From assembly GCA_005883615.1 (NCBI GenBank), contig VBEC01000022.1, positions 433-64,432 of the forward strand: a stretch of DNA of 64,000 nt, in the 5' to 3' direction. How positions within the stretch are numbered: position 1 is the first letter of the stretch; the number at the start of each line of letters is the position of its first letter. The notes below the pieces were generated by a model. It ran no database searches. It worked only from the letters and a program-made list of their open reading frames with translations, and was not told the DNA's origin. A program made the translations under genes and the position numbers. The stretch is from Chloroflexota bacterium. GTDB taxonomy: Bacteria > Chloroflexota > Limnocylindria > Limnocylindrales > CSP1-4. This document shows, piece after piece, positions 40,119-49,819 of the stretch.

Positions 40119-41600
40119 CTATCGAATGCTCTTGCCAGATAGCTGCGTAGCGATCGCGGTGTGGTCGCAGATGCCGCTGTTCGACTTGGCCGGGGTACAG
40201 CCACTCGACGGCGCGTTGTTCGTGTCGTTGCGGTACTGATCGTCCGAATAGACGATGGAGGCCAGGCCCGTCAGCGGGTTGGCGGCCACGCCGAAGTCGT
40301 CGTACAGGTCGCGATTGCCCGTGCACGCGATGCCAGACAGGCAGACCCCGCCGAAGTGGACGATCGGTGTCGCGGCCTGCTGCGTGAACGAGCTGCGATT
40401 GCTGACCGCGGTGAGGTTCTGGGCGAAGTAGACGTACCACGATGCGCTGGACGGGTAGTTGTCGGGCGGGTTGGTCCCGTCGTAATAGCTCGTGCCGTAC
40501 CACACGATGTCGATCTTGCCCGCGCCGCCGGCCACGCTCCAGGGCATGATCGCCGTCGTCGAGGGGTTCTTGTTGACCTGCCGCGGAGTCGACCACGTCA
40601 TGCCGCGGTCGGAGGACCAGGAATAGAAGATGTTGTGGTTGTCGCTGAAGACCGAGTAGACGTTGCCGGCGGCATCGATGCTGACGTTCGTGAACTGGTG
40701 GCCGTATGCCACGTTCTGGTCGGGGTTCGCGTAGACCTGGCGGTCGTTGAACGTCCTGCCGCCGTCTGTCGAGACGGCCATGTAGACGACGTTGAGGCAG
40801 GTGAAGCCTCCGCAGGCCACCGTCCCTGCGGCATCCCTGGGCCCGCTGAAGGTCTGGTAAACGATGTGACTTGCGGGATCGATGGCCAGGTTGCCCGTGC
40901 TGTTGGCGTCGACGAGCCAGGCGTGGTTGGCGTCGAACGCGTCGGCCAGCTGGGTGAACGAGGTGCCCGCGTTGTAGCTGCAGTTGACCCACAGGTTGAA
41001 CGCCAGGTCGTGGTACGACACGCAGACCTTGCTCACGCCGTCGGCCGCGACCCATTCCCGGTCGTCACCCGGCACGGTCGCTCCGATCGGATTCAGCGTC
41101 CAGGAGGCGCCGTCGTCGGTGCTCGTGGAGACGTCGACATTCGCCAGCGTCAGGCTGGACACGTAGACGTTGTAATTGCCGCTCGCATTACGGATGGGCG
41201 CGATCGCCAGGTCCGTGTCGCCGCCGCCGGGCGCAAACCCGGTGTCCTGGGTCGCCGAGTTGTTGTTTGGCGAGGGCACGGTGGCGTAGTGGAGCCCGCC
41301 GTCGGTCGACTTCCAGGCCAGCGTTCCGCCGCCCAGTCCGTTTTCGGATGAGGCATAGAACGTACCGTCCGCCGCAGCGCGGATCGCCGGCTCGGCGGCG
41401 TAATTCGTGCAATCGGAAGCCTGGCCGGGGCAGCTGGTCCCCACCGGCGCCGGCGGTGTGCCCGCGAGACTGTAGACGCTGAAGCCGGTCCTGGGATTCG
41501 CCCCGGCCGCGTCGATAGCCGGCAGGAGTACGAGTGCGAGAACGGCCAGGATTGCTCCCAGGGACTGGGCAGCGCACGGACGAGCGACGATGATCCGCAT
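40119..41600 (-). CDS. Secreted BNR/Asp-box (sialidase-like) beta-propeller protein
   Basis: Signal peptide; repeated S.DGG.T(W/F) Asp-boxes; GAGGAG RBS. Confidence 0.82.
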   Translation of the reverse strand: MRIIVARPCAAQSLGAILAVLALVLLPAIDAAGANPRTGFSVYSLAGTPPAPVGTSCPGQASDCTNYAAEPAIRAAADGTFYASSENGLGGGTLAWKSTDGGLHYATVPSPNNNSATQDTGFAPGGGDTDLAIAPIRNASGNYNVYVSSLTLANVDVSTSTDDGASWTLNPIGATVPGDDREWVAADGVSKVCVSYHDLAFNLWVNCSYNAGTSFTQLADAFDANHAWLVDANSTGNLAIDPASHIVYQTFSGPRDAAGTVACGGFTCLNVVYMAVSTDGGRTFNDRQVYANPDQNVAYGHQFTNVSIDAAGNVYSVFSDNHNIFYSWSSDRGMTWSTPRQVNKNPSTTAIMPWSVAGGAGKIDIVWYGTSYYDGTNPPDNYPSSASWYVYFAQNLTAVSNRSSFTQQAATPIVHFGGVCLSGIACTGNRDLYDDFGVAANPLTGLASIVYSDDQYRNDTNNAPSSGCTPAKSNSGICDHTAIATQLSGKSIR

Positions 41601-41781
41601 GGGTCTCCTCCGAACGACCTCCCCACGGTGGTATGTCGGTGGCGAAGTTTCGGAGGCAACAGAGAGAGCCGCCGGGGCGGCTTTCAATGTGGTGACAAGT
41701 AGCTTGGCCTGGGAGGCTTCCTCCAGTCGCGGCGGCGACCTGCTGCCGACGCCGGTGGCGCCCGGGACTCGGGCGCGTCGG

Positions 41782-42393
41782 TCAGGCGTGCTTGACGACG
41801 ATGCGCTCGATCGTGTTGGCGACGTCCTCGCACTTGTCGACGGCGGACTCGAGGAGCGCGTACACCTCTTTCCACTTGATTACCTGGAGCGGGTCCGCAC
41901 CGTTCTCGAACAGACTCGCAATCGCGCCGCGGACGACCTGGTCGCCCTCGTTCTCGAGTCGATGGATCTCGATCCAGTACCTGTCCAGGCCCTGGAAACC
42001 GCGCAGGTGGGTCAAGGCCTCGTGGATCAACTGGCACTGGTTCACCACGATGCTGGCCTGCTGGATCGCCGTGGGAGTCGGCGCCTCGATCCGGTACAGC
42101 ACGAACGTGTCGGCGATCTCCTCGATCAGGTCGAGGACATCGTCGAGGCCGCTGATCAGCGCGTGGATGTCCTCGCGATCGAAGGGCGTAATGAAGGTGT
42201 GCTCGAGCCGATGGCCAATGTCGTGGCTGATCTCGTCGCCCCGATGTTCGGCATCTCGAAGCTCGCCGGCACGGCGCTCGATCGCGTCGTAGTTCTTGAG
42301 CATCGCTTCGAGCAGCCGCGCGGCGCCGAGGACGTTGGCGGCATCCTCGACGAACAGATCGAAGAATCGCTCTTCGCGGGGAATGAGTCGCAT
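41782..42393 (-). CDS. DUF47 family phosphate transport regulator
   Basis: EHRGD, TFITPFDREDI, LENEGD, DKCEDVAN. Confidence 0.92.
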   Translation of the reverse strand: MRLIPREERFFDLFVEDAANVLGAARLLEAMLKNYDAIERRAGELRDAEHRGDEISHDIGHRLEHTFITPFDREDIHALISGLDDVLDLIEEIADTFVLYRIEAPTPTAIQQASIVVNQCQLIHEALTHLRGFQGLDRYWIEIHRLENEGDQVVRGAIASLFENGADPLQVIKWKEVYALLESAVDKCEDVANTIERIVVKHA

Positions 42394-42536
42394 GACCGAC
42401 TTGCTCCTCTGGCTGGACGCGCCAAGAGTACAAGCAGCCGCATCGGCGGCGGGCGGCGTTTTGCGCCCCATCATTCCAGCGACGAGGTCCGCTGCGGCAG
42501 GACCCGGCGCGGCAGGATCCGCACGGAGGCCTACTC

Positions 42537-43205
42537 GTGGTCCATGACGGAACGCTTCGCCTCGCGCACCAGGGTGACTGGCGCGAGGCGGCCCCGAACT
42601 CGTTGCGCGCGTTCGCGGCAGCCGCACGTGTTCCGGGCTGCGACGGCGTGGAGCTCGACGTCCGTCGGTCGCGTGATGGCCAGCCCGTCGTGATTCACGA
42701 TGAATCGCTGGATCGGGTCCAGGGCCTCCATGCCCGGGTCGACGAGCTGACCGCTGACACGCTCGAGATGTACGGCGTGCCGCGGCTGGCTTCCGTCCTG
42801 GCTGCTCTGCCGCGTGGGGCGTTCCTGGACGTCGAGCTCAAGGAGGATCTCGGTCGGATCGCGGTCGAAGTCCTGGCCGCCGGACGGGGACGAGCCCTGG
42901 CCTCCACGGTCATCTCGTCATTCGATCCGTGGACATTGCGGCGCATCCGGGGGCTCGCGCCGCAATGGGTCTGCTGGCTCAACGCTCACGACCTGTCGTC
43001 GGACGTGCTAGACAGGGCCGTCGAACTGGGCTGCCGCGGGATCGCCGCCGAATGGCACGCGATCGATCGGCGGTCGCTGGCGCAGGCGAAGGAGGCGGGT
43101 CTCCAGGTTGCCGCGTGGACGGTGACCCGGCGCTCGACCTTCCAGCGGCTGGCTCGGCTGGGCGTCAGCGCCGTGTGCGTCGAGGGCAAGGCCCTGGAAG
43201 GCTGA
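42537..43205 (+). CDS. Glycerophosphodiester phosphodiesterase family protein, divergent
   Basis: LAHQG, GVELDV, VIHD, VELK, ISSF, AWTV; GGAGG RBS. Confidence 0.8.
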   Translation: MVHDGTLRLAHQGDWREAAPNSLRAFAAAARVPGCDGVELDVRRSRDGQPVVIHDESLDRVQGLHARVDELTADTLEMYGVPRLASVLAALPRGAFLDVELKEDLGRIAVEVLAAGRGRALASTVISSFDPWTLRRIRGLAPQWVCWLNAHDLSSDVLDRAVELGCRGIAAEWHAIDRRSLAQAKEAGLQVAAWTVTRRSTFQRLARLGVSAVCVEGKALEG

Positions 43206-43355
43206 CGTGCAACCCATCTCAGAGCTTGGCCGGGCGGCGGCGCCACCGCCCGGATTATCAGCTCAACACTCGCAGGGGCAATCCGGTCCGCAGTCCGGAC
43301 ATTCCGGACCGCACTCGGCGTCGATCGATCGCGACAGCATGCATTCCACCTCCTT

Positions 43356-44183
43356 TCATGCTTCTTGCCGTGAAGGCCCGGCCGGTCGCCGGGCGCGAAT
43401 GACGGCCGCGAACAGGCCATCCGCAACCTGGTGCGTCGGCCGCACGGTGATATCGGACAACCCCACATCGCGGAGACCCGCTTCGTATTCTCCAAAGCTC
43501 AGGGCACCCGCGATGCAGCCGGCGTAGGAGCCGCGCTCCGCTCGCTGCCCCGGGCCGAGGTCGTCTCGGGCGACCACATCGCTGACGCCGATGCGTCCGC
43601 CCGGCCGGAGGACCCTGGCGATCTCGGCGAACACGGCGGGCTTGTCGGCCGCCAGGTTGATGACGCAGTTGCTGATGACGACGTCGACCGAAGCGTCCGG
43701 CAAGGGCAGCGCCTCGATCGTCCCCTTCAGGAAGTCGACATTGGCTGCTTTTGCGTCGCGAGCATTGCGTCGCGACAGCTCGATCATCTCGTCGGTCATG
43801 TCGACGCCGATCGCGCGACCCGTCGTACCGACGCGTGCCGCGGAGAGCAGGACGTCGATGCCGCCGCCGGACCCAAGATCGAGCACCGTCTCGCCCGGGT
43901 TGAGCTCGGCCACGGCTGTCGGATTGCCGCACCCAAGGCTAGCCAGGACCGCCCCGTCCGGCAGCGAGCCGCGTTCGGCGAGGTCGTACAGATCCGGCCC
44001 GAAGGCCGTCGTCTCGCCACCAGCCCAACCGCAGCCTGAGGCCGGGCCACAGCAGGAGCCCTCGGCGGGCGATCCGCCGGCCTGGCCCAGGACGGATAGG
44101 GCCGCCCCTCGGTAATGCGCACGAACATCGGTGTGGATTTGCTCGTTCCGATCGAGATCGGCGGGCCGAGGAAGTGTGTCCAT
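43356..44183 (-). CDS. arsM: Arsenite methyltransferase
   Basis: [33 protein letters not shown]. Confidence 0.92.
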   Translation of the reverse strand: MDTLPRPADLDRNEQIHTDVRAHYRGAALSVLGQAGGSPAEGSCCGPASGCGWAGGETTAFGPDLYDLAERGSLPDGAVLASLGCGNPTAVAELNPGETVLDLGSGGGIDVLLSAARVGTTGRAIGVDMTDEMIELSRRNARDAKAANVDFLKGTIEALPLPDASVDVVISNCVINLAADKPAVFAEIARVLRPGGRIGVSDVVARDDLGPGQRAERGSYAGCIAGALSFGEYEAGLRDVGLSDITVRPTHQVADGLFAAVIRARRPAGPSRQEA

Positions 44184-44219
44184 GGCTAGCCTCAGGACGT
44201 GGCCATCAAAGTCCCCTGG

Positions 44220-44270
44220 ATCCTGACCGATACATCGATGCTTGTCAATATTGATGGTCGCCGATATGCT
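44220..44270. promoter_or_regulatory. Overlapping divergent arsM/arsR promoters with probable ArsR operator
   Basis: +: TTGTCA 44242, 17 bp, TATGCT 44265; -: TTGACA 44248-44243, 17 bp, CAGGAT; imperfect inverted repeat ACATCGAT-N4-GTCAATAT. Confidence 0.7.
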
Positions 44271-44278
44271 GCGGCCTG

Positions 44279-44638
44279 ATGAAGCCAATCGAACCCGATA
44301 TCAAGCTGCTCCAGGCCCTGGCCGATCCGACCCGCCTGGCGATTGTCCGTGAGCTCGGCGGAGCTGCCGAGGTGTGCGCCTGCGACTTCACGGGCTGCTG
44401 CGACGTTCGCCAACCGACCGTCTCACATCATCTCAAGGTGCTCCGCGAAGCGGGCGTGATCACCAGCGAACGCCGTGGCACCTGGATCTACTACCGGCTC
44501 GACCCGTCCGCGGCAACGCGCCTCGGCGCGATCGCGCGGGAACTCATTCCTGGCGGATTGATCCCGGCAACCGCCCTGCGGAGACCCGGGGCGAACGCGC
44601 CGGCTTCCACGCCCGAGAGGGGCAGCGCGCCGAACTGA
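44279..44638 (+). CDS. arsR: ArsR/SmtB family regulator
   Basis: ALADPTRL, EVCACD, QPTVSHHLKVLR. Confidence 0.92.
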   Translation: MKPIEPDIKLLQALADPTRLAIVRELGGAAEVCACDFTGCCDVRQPTVSHHLKVLREAGVITSERRGTWIYYRLDPSAATRLGAIARELIPGGLIPATALRRPGANAPASTPERGSAPN

Positions 44639-44652
44639 CCCAGCGCGAAAGT

Positions 44653-44692
44653 CTCCGCACTGACTCCGCAGCGCCCACACATTCACTCCACA
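44653..44692 (+). promoter_or_regulatory. 11 bp-phased direct repeats (CTCCRCA-like), putative OmpR-family binding site
   Basis: CTCCGCA 44653, CTCCGCA 44664, CCACACA 44675, CTCCACA 44686. Confidence 0.55.
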
Positions 44693-44741
44693 CCTGCGGC
44701 CCACGATGGCTTCATCAGCGATCCAACGAAAGGAGATCGAA

Positions 44742-45158
44742 ATGGACGGACGGACCGCGTGGAGGGTCCTCATCGCAGTGGTGCTCGTTGCCGGAGCGGC
44801 AATCCTGGGCGTGACTGCCTATCAGGCTGGACTGGCTCAGGGCATCGCCCAGACGGGGACCGCCGTGGCACCGGGCGCAGTCGCCTACTACGGCTGGCAC
44901 CCGTTCGGCTTCGGCTTCGGGTTCTTCGGCTTCCTGGGCACGCTGCTTTTCTTCTTCCTCATCTTCGCCCTGATTCGGGCGCTCGTCTTCCGTGGCGGTG
45001 GCTACCGCTCGGGCGGGCCGGGTCGCGGCGGATGGGGTGGCGGTTGGCACGGCGGAGCGTGGGAATCGCGAGGTCGCGAGGCATTCGACGAATGGCATCG
45101 CCGAGCCCATGAGGAAGGCGTCGAACATCCGGGCTCAAACCCCACCGGCCAAGCCTGA
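44742..45158 (+). CDS. Small membrane protein associated with the two-component system
   Basis: AAAGGAG RBS; two TM segments; Gly-rich; FDEWHRRAH tail. Confidence 0.8.
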   Translation: MDGRTAWRVLIAVVLVAGAAILGVTAYQAGLAQGIAQTGTAVAPGAVAYYGWHPFGFGFGFFGFLGTLLFFFLIFALIRALVFRGGGYRSGGPGRGGWGGGWHGGAWESRGREAFDEWHRRAHEEGVEHPGSNPTGQA

Positions 45159-45264
45159 GGTCCGCAAGCCTGAGGTCCGAGGGAGGCGGAACTCGATCCG
45201 CCTCCCTCGCCGCGTTTCTGTTCGCACGGCCGAGCCTCGAGGGCCGGCCGTAGGATGACCGCCC

Positions 45265-45951
45265 ATGAAGACCGTGCTCGTCGTCGACGACGAACCCAAG
45301 ATCGTGCAACTCGCCCGCGACTACCTCGAGCATGCGGGCTTCGCTGTCGTCACGGCCGGCGATGGCCGCTCGGCGCTGGCGGCAATTCGCACCCGGCGGC
45401 CTGATCTCGTCGTCCTGGACCTTGCGCTGCCAGAGCTCGACGGCCTCGACGTCACCCGTGCCATCCGCAGCGATTCCAACCTGCCAATCGTGATGCTTAC
45501 AGCGCGCGACGACGAGCTCGACAAGCTTCTCGGCCTGGAACTCGGGGCCGACGACTACATCACCAAGCCGTTCAGCCCGCGCGAGCTGGTCGCGCGCGTC
45601 AGGGCGGTGCTTCGGCGGAGCGATCGGGCTCGAGAGCCGAGCGACGTGATCCGTGCATCGGGGGTAACACTGGACGTCGCACGCATGCGCGTCGAGGTCG
45701 ACGGTCGCCCGATCGAGCTGACGCCCACCGAGTTCCAGATCCTGGCCACGCTCGCCCGCGAGCCGGGCCGCATCTTCACCCGCTCGCAGCTGCTCGATGC
45801 GGTTCACGGCGTGGCGTTCGAGTCATACGAGCGAGCCATCGACACGCACGTCAAGAACATTCGCCGGAAGCTCGAGCCCGACCCCCGCGAGCCGCGCCAT
45901 GTGCTGACCGTCTACGGCGTCGGTTACCGGTTCTCCGACGAGGACGGGTGA
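45265..45951 (+). CDS. OmpR family response regulator
   Basis: VVDDE, VLDL.LP, GADDYITKPF, TV.GVGY. Confidence 0.96.
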   Translation: MKTVLVVDDEPKIVQLARDYLEHAGFAVVTAGDGRSALAAIRTRRPDLVVLDLALPELDGLDVTRAIRSDSNLPIVMLTARDDELDKLLGLELGADDYITKPFSPRELVARVRAVLRRSDRAREPSDVIRASGVTLDVARMRVEVDGRPIELTPTEFQILATLAREPGRIFTRSQLLDAVHGVAFESYERAIDTHVKNIRRKLEPDPREPRHVLTVYGVGYRFSDEDG

Positions 45952-47141
45952 GGGCCGCGAACCGCCGGCCGGATCGCAAGCCGCCCTGGTGGCCGGCGGA
46001 CGAGCCGTGGCCGCCGACGGGACCCCCGTACTGGGTTCGTGGCGGTCGGGGCCCGTGGGGTTACGGCAGGCAGCGATGGTGGGGCAGAGGACCGCACCGC
46101 TACATGTGGGCGTTCGGCTGCCTGCTCGCGGCCTTCATGGTGGTCGCACTATCGGCGGCGATCGTCTCCCTGTGGTTGTTCGCGTTCGGCAGCCTCATGC
46201 CTGGCGGGGGGACGGAACCGAGCGGCTTTGGCTTGGGGCGGGCGACAGGCCTGATCGTCCTGGTCGTCGGAGTGCTCGTTCTCGTGCGCATTGGCAGGCG
46301 CGTCCGGCGTTTCACCGAGCCGCTCGACGAGCTGGTCGATGCCGTCGGACGGGTCGAAGCGGGTGACTACACCGTGCGAGTTCAGGAGAGGGGCGGGCCG
46401 GGTGAGATGCGCGGCCTGGCGCACGGCTTCAACACCATGACCACGCGTCTGGAGGCCGACGAGCGCCAGCGCCGCAGCCTCCTGGCCGACGTCAGCCACG
46501 AGCTACGGACGCCGCTGACTGTCGTGCAGGGCAATCTCGAGGCGCTCGTCGACGGGGTTTATCCAGCCGACGAGGCACACCTGTCCGGGATCCTCGACGA
46601 GACACGGGTGCTGTCGCGGCTCGTCGACGACCTGCGCACGTTGGCCCTGGCCGAAAGCGGAACACTGGCGCTGCACCGCGAGCCCACCGACCTGGATGTG
46701 CTCGTCGCCGAGACTGTCAACTCCTTCCGAGCCGCCGCCGACGAAGGCGGCGTTGCGATCCGGGCGTCGGTCGGCGAGGACGTGCCCCTGCTGGAAGTCG
46801 ATCCCGTGCGGATTCGCGAGGTGATCGGCAACCTCATCGCGAATGCCCAGCGGTATACCCCCCGTGGCGGGACGATCGAGATCGCGGCTGCCCTTGCGCC
46901 CGATCCGTCGGCCGTCCGGATAGCCGTCACGGACAGCGGGCCCGGCATCCCCTCGGACGTCCTGCCGCATGTCTTCGAGCGCTTCGTCAAATCGCCCGAG
47001 TCCCGAGGCTCTGGCCTGGGCCTGGCAATCGCGCGCAACCTGGTGGTCTCGCATGGCGGCCAGATCGGAGTCGACAGCGCTCCCGGGCGCGGCACGAAGG
47101 TCTGGTTCACGCTGCCCGTCGGGGATCAGCCGGAACGCTGA
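45948..47141 (+). CDS. HAMP sensor histidine kinase (BaeS-like)
   Basis: Two TM segments, HAMP, SHELRTPL, NL..NA, D.GPG, GSGLGL. Confidence 0.95.
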   Translation: MRAANRRPDRKPPWWPADEPWPPTGPPYWVRGGRGPWGYGRQRWWGRGPHRYMWAFGCLLAAFMVVALSAAIVSLWLFAFGSLMPGGGTEPSGFGLGRATGLIVLVVGVLVLVRIGRRVRRFTEPLDELVDAVGRVEAGDYTVRVQERGGPGEMRGLAHGFNTMTTRLEADERQRRSLLADVSHELRTPLTVVQGNLEALVDGVYPADEAHLSGILDETRVLSRLVDDLRTLALAESGTLALHREPTDLDVLVAETVNSFRAAADEGGVAIRASVGEDVPLLEVDPVRIREVIGNLIANAQRYTPRGGTIEIAAALAPDPSAVRIAVTDSGPGIPSDVLPHVFERFVKSPESRGSGLGLAIARNLVVSHGGQIGVDSAPGRGTKVWFTLPVGDQPER

Positions 47142-47157
47142 AAACTGGCTTCCGCCG

Positions 47158-47595
47158 TCAGGCCTTGCTCTCCAGGTGTTCTCGCAGCTTCTCAAGGGCC
47201 GACGGCAGCTCTCGCTCGACGACCCCCCGAATCATGCTCTCGGCGAAGCGGAGCATGCCCTTGGGCTGGAGCGAGGCGGCAATTCGGACGGCGGTTTGCT
47301 CGCCGCGGGCCTCGAGGTCGATCGAGCCCTCGAGATCCACGGGCCCCGACAGGCTCCGAACTGCCAGCCTCGAGGGACGCTGAAGCTCGGTGACCTCGCC
47401 TTCTGCCTCCAATGGGCCGGCCGGGCCGGCCATTACGAGCCTGAAGCGCGACCCAACGGCCAGCGGACCGGGCGTGGTCTGTTCGGCGACCTGGACGCCG
47501 GGCTGCCACTCGGTGAGGTGCCGCAAGTCGATGAGGTAGTCGAAAACGGCCTCCGCTGGGCGCCCGACATCGAGTTCGCGATCGATTCGGATCAC
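47158..47595 (-). CDS. SRPBCC (polyketide cyclase/START) family protein
   Basis: RPAEAVFDYL.D.....W; C-terminal helix L..LR..LE. Confidence 0.82.
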   Translation of the reverse strand: MIRIDRELDVGRPAEAVFDYLIDLRHLTEWQPGVQVAEQTTPGPLAVGSRFRLVMAGPAGPLEAEGEVTELQRPSRLAVRSLSGPVDLEGSIDLEARGEQTAVRIAASLQPKGMLRFAESMIRGVVERELPSALEKLREHLESKA

Positions 47596-47948
47596 GGCCG
47601 CGGATCGCCCTCGGCCCGGTAGCGCCGCTCCCCGGTCTGGAGATCGGCGTACACCCGCATTCGAATACCGGAGGTCGGGTCGACGAAGACCTCATCGGTC
47701 CGCTGGAAGCGCGACTCCAGGGGTCCTTCCTCGCCGCCACCTGGACCGGTCGGAGCTCCCGCCCGCTCTGCGGCTTCGCTGCGGTAGCGGTTCCGCTCGA
47801 GCACGACGGCGATGATCCCGACTCCGCCGACAACCAGCGCCCAGATGCCGGCCGGCGCATCGGCGCCGCCCGTGGCGATCACGAGGAAACCGGCCGCGAA
47901 GATCAGGACGGCGACGATGCCGACGATGACCCGCAGGGTGGAGTGCAA
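47592..47948 (-). CDS. Hypothetical membrane protein; start uncertain
   Basis: Two TM segments then ER.RYR and F..TDEVF.DP.SG..MRV..D..TGERRY. Confidence 0.7.
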   Translation of the reverse strand: MHSTLRVIVGIVAVLIFAAGFLVIATGGADAPAGIWALVVGGVGIIAVVLERNRYRSEAAERAGAPTGPGGGEEGPLESRFQRTDEVFVDPTSGIRMRVYADLQTGERRYRAEGDPRP

Positions 47949-48006
47949 CCTCGTCAAGCCGATTGGGCGGGACGCGCGGAGTGATTCGCGGCGCCTCGGC
48001 CGCCCT

Positions 48007-48354
48007 CTACTCGGCCACCGGCTGTTCGGCTGACGCGTCGGCCTCCAGGACGACCGCCGTGCCGTAGGCCACGATCTCGGACATGGTGTTGCCGATCTCG
48101 GAGCTGTCGAAGCGCATCGACAGAACGGCATTGGCACCCATCAAGGTCGCGTTCTGGACCATCCGGTCGAGCGCCTGGCGGCGGGTGTCCTCGAGCAGCT
48201 GCGTGTATTCGTGGATCTCTCCACCGACGAGCGAGCGCAGCCCGGCCGCGAGGTTCCCCGCGAAGCCCCGGCTTCGCACGACCAGCCCGAAGACGTGGCC
48301 TTTTACCTCCGAAACCCGGTAACCCCCCGCGTACGGCGTCGTCGTGATGATCAT
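48007..48354 (-). CDS. YbjQ/UPF0145 family protein
   Basis: MIITTT, VGGEI..YT.LL...R..A..RM, GANAV, AYGTAV. Confidence 0.92.
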   Translation of the reverse strand: MIITTTPYAGGYRVSEVKGHVFGLVVRSRGFAGNLAAGLRSLVGGEIHEYTQLLEDTRRQALDRMVQNATLMGANAVLSMRFDSSEIGNTMSEIVAYGTAVVLEADASAEQPVAE

Positions 48355-48767
48355 CGAGACTCCTTCTGGTGTGGTCCGCTCGACGGGCCGCCGGCGGCGT
48401 GAGCGAGGTGACCAGAGCGTGGCTGCTCTCCGGCAGCGGCTCTGCGGGCAGAGCATTCGGGGCAGGGGCAGCGGTCGCGCAGGACGGCGAAGGTGTAATA
48501 ACCCGTGTGATGGCCGTCGCCCCAGGTCGGCGCGATGGCGTAGTTGCCCACCATCTGCACGTCGACCAGGCGAGTTTGCTCGGTTGTCAGGGTCGGCGCC
48601 GAGTCGAGCCAGCCCGGAAGTCCGGCCTCGCCCCGACAGAAAGCGCAGGGGCACAGCAAGCGCAAGGTCTCGAAGTCGTAGACGGTGTGGTGGCCGTCGG
48701 CCCAATCGAGCTGGAGCGTTCCGCCCGGGCGGTCCGCGTGGATGCGAGTGGGGGTCGCGCTGCTCAC
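48351..48767 (-). CDS. DUF971 (GBBH-like N-terminal) protein
   Basis: W.DGH, LR..CPCA.C, VGNYA, W.DGH.TG.Y. Confidence 0.9.
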   Translation of the reverse strand: MSSATPTRIHADRPGGTLQLDWADGHHTVYDFETLRLLCPCAFCRGEAGLPGWLDSAPTLTTEQTRLVDVQMVGNYAIAPTWGDGHHTGYYTFAVLRDRCPCPECSARRAAAGEQPRSGHLAHAAGGPSSGPHQKESR

Positions 48768-48865
48768 GGCCTCGATTGTACGGGCACGGCCGTCGCCGCG
48801 AGGATGGCGGCGTAGCGCATCCGTACCAGCGCCCGCGCAGCTCGCCGCGCGTATCCTGCCCCCGC

Positions 48866-49819
48866 ATGTCGCTGGTTCTCGACGGCCTCTCCAAGCGCTT
48901 CGGACGCGTGCTTGCTCTCGATGGGCTCTCGTTCGAGGCGCCGCGCGGCCAGATCTTTGGGTTCCTTGGCGCCAACGGCGCAGGCAAGACGACGGCGATG
49001 CGGATCATCCTCGGCGTCCTGCGTGCGGACAGCGGCACGATCAGCTGGAACGGCGTCGTCCACGACGGGCTCCCGCGGCGGACTTGGGGGTATCTGCCCG
49101 AAGAGCGCGGGCTATATCCGCGGATGACGATCCTCGATCAGCTCGTCTATTTCGCCGGGTTGTATGGGGTCCCGCGAGATCAGGCTGCCCGCGAGGGGCG
49201 TGCCTGGCTCGCCCGCTTTCGGGTACCCGACTTCGCCGACCGCCGGGCCGACGAGCTGTCGAAGGGCAACCAGCAGAAGGTGCAATTCCTGGCGGCGGTG
49301 CTGCACGACCCCGACGTGCTGCTCATGGACGAGCCGTTCACCGGTCTCGATCCGGTCAACGTCGCGCTCCTGCGGGAGGCGTTCCTGGAGCTGCGCGATC
49401 GAGGCAAGACGATCATCTTCTCGACCCACCAGATGGACGCTGTCGAGGCGATGTGCGAGTCGGTCGCCATCACGGATCGCGGCAGGGTCGTCGTGAGCGG
49501 GTCGATCCGGGACATCAAGCGGGCCGCCGGGCGACGCATGGTCAAACTTTCGGTCGAGGGGGATCACCGCCTGGAATGGCTTTCCGATATCCCGGGGGTG
49601 CGCATGATCCGGAGGGCGATCGACCGCTCGGAGATAGAGGTCGACCCAGGTATCGATCCGGACGTGATCCTGGCGGCGGCGATCGGGCACGGCGCGCGGG
49701 TGACGCATTTCGAGATCGCGGACCCGTCGCTCGAGCAGATCTTCATCGACCACGTCGGCCGGCCGCCCGATGAGGATCTGACGCTGGCCTCAGCCGACGC
49801 CGAGGACCCGGCCGCGTGA
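48866..49819 (+). CDS. ABC-2 ATP-binding protein (NatA-like)
   Basis: GANGAGKT, GYLPEERGLY, LSKGNQQK, DEPF.GLD. Confidence 0.93.
   Translation: MSLVLDGLSKRFGRVLALDGLSFEAPRGQIFGFLGANGAGKTTAMRIILGVLRADSGTISWNGVVHDGLPRRTWGYLPEERGLYPRMTILDQLVYFAGLYGVPRDQAAREGRAWLARFRVPDFADRRADELSKGNQQKVQFLAAVLHDPDVLLMDEPFTGLDPVNVALLREAFLELRDRGKTIIFSTHQMDAVEAMCESVAITDRGRVVVSGSIRDIKRAAGRRMVKLSVEGDHRLEWLSDIPGVRMIRRAIDRSEIEVDPGIDPDVILAAAIGHGARVTHFEIADPSLEQIFIDHVGRPPDEDLTLASADAEDPAA

Noticed and set aside
43356-44638. Arsenic resistance island
   Set aside because: Only arsM-arsR, with no mobility genes or evident compositional boundary
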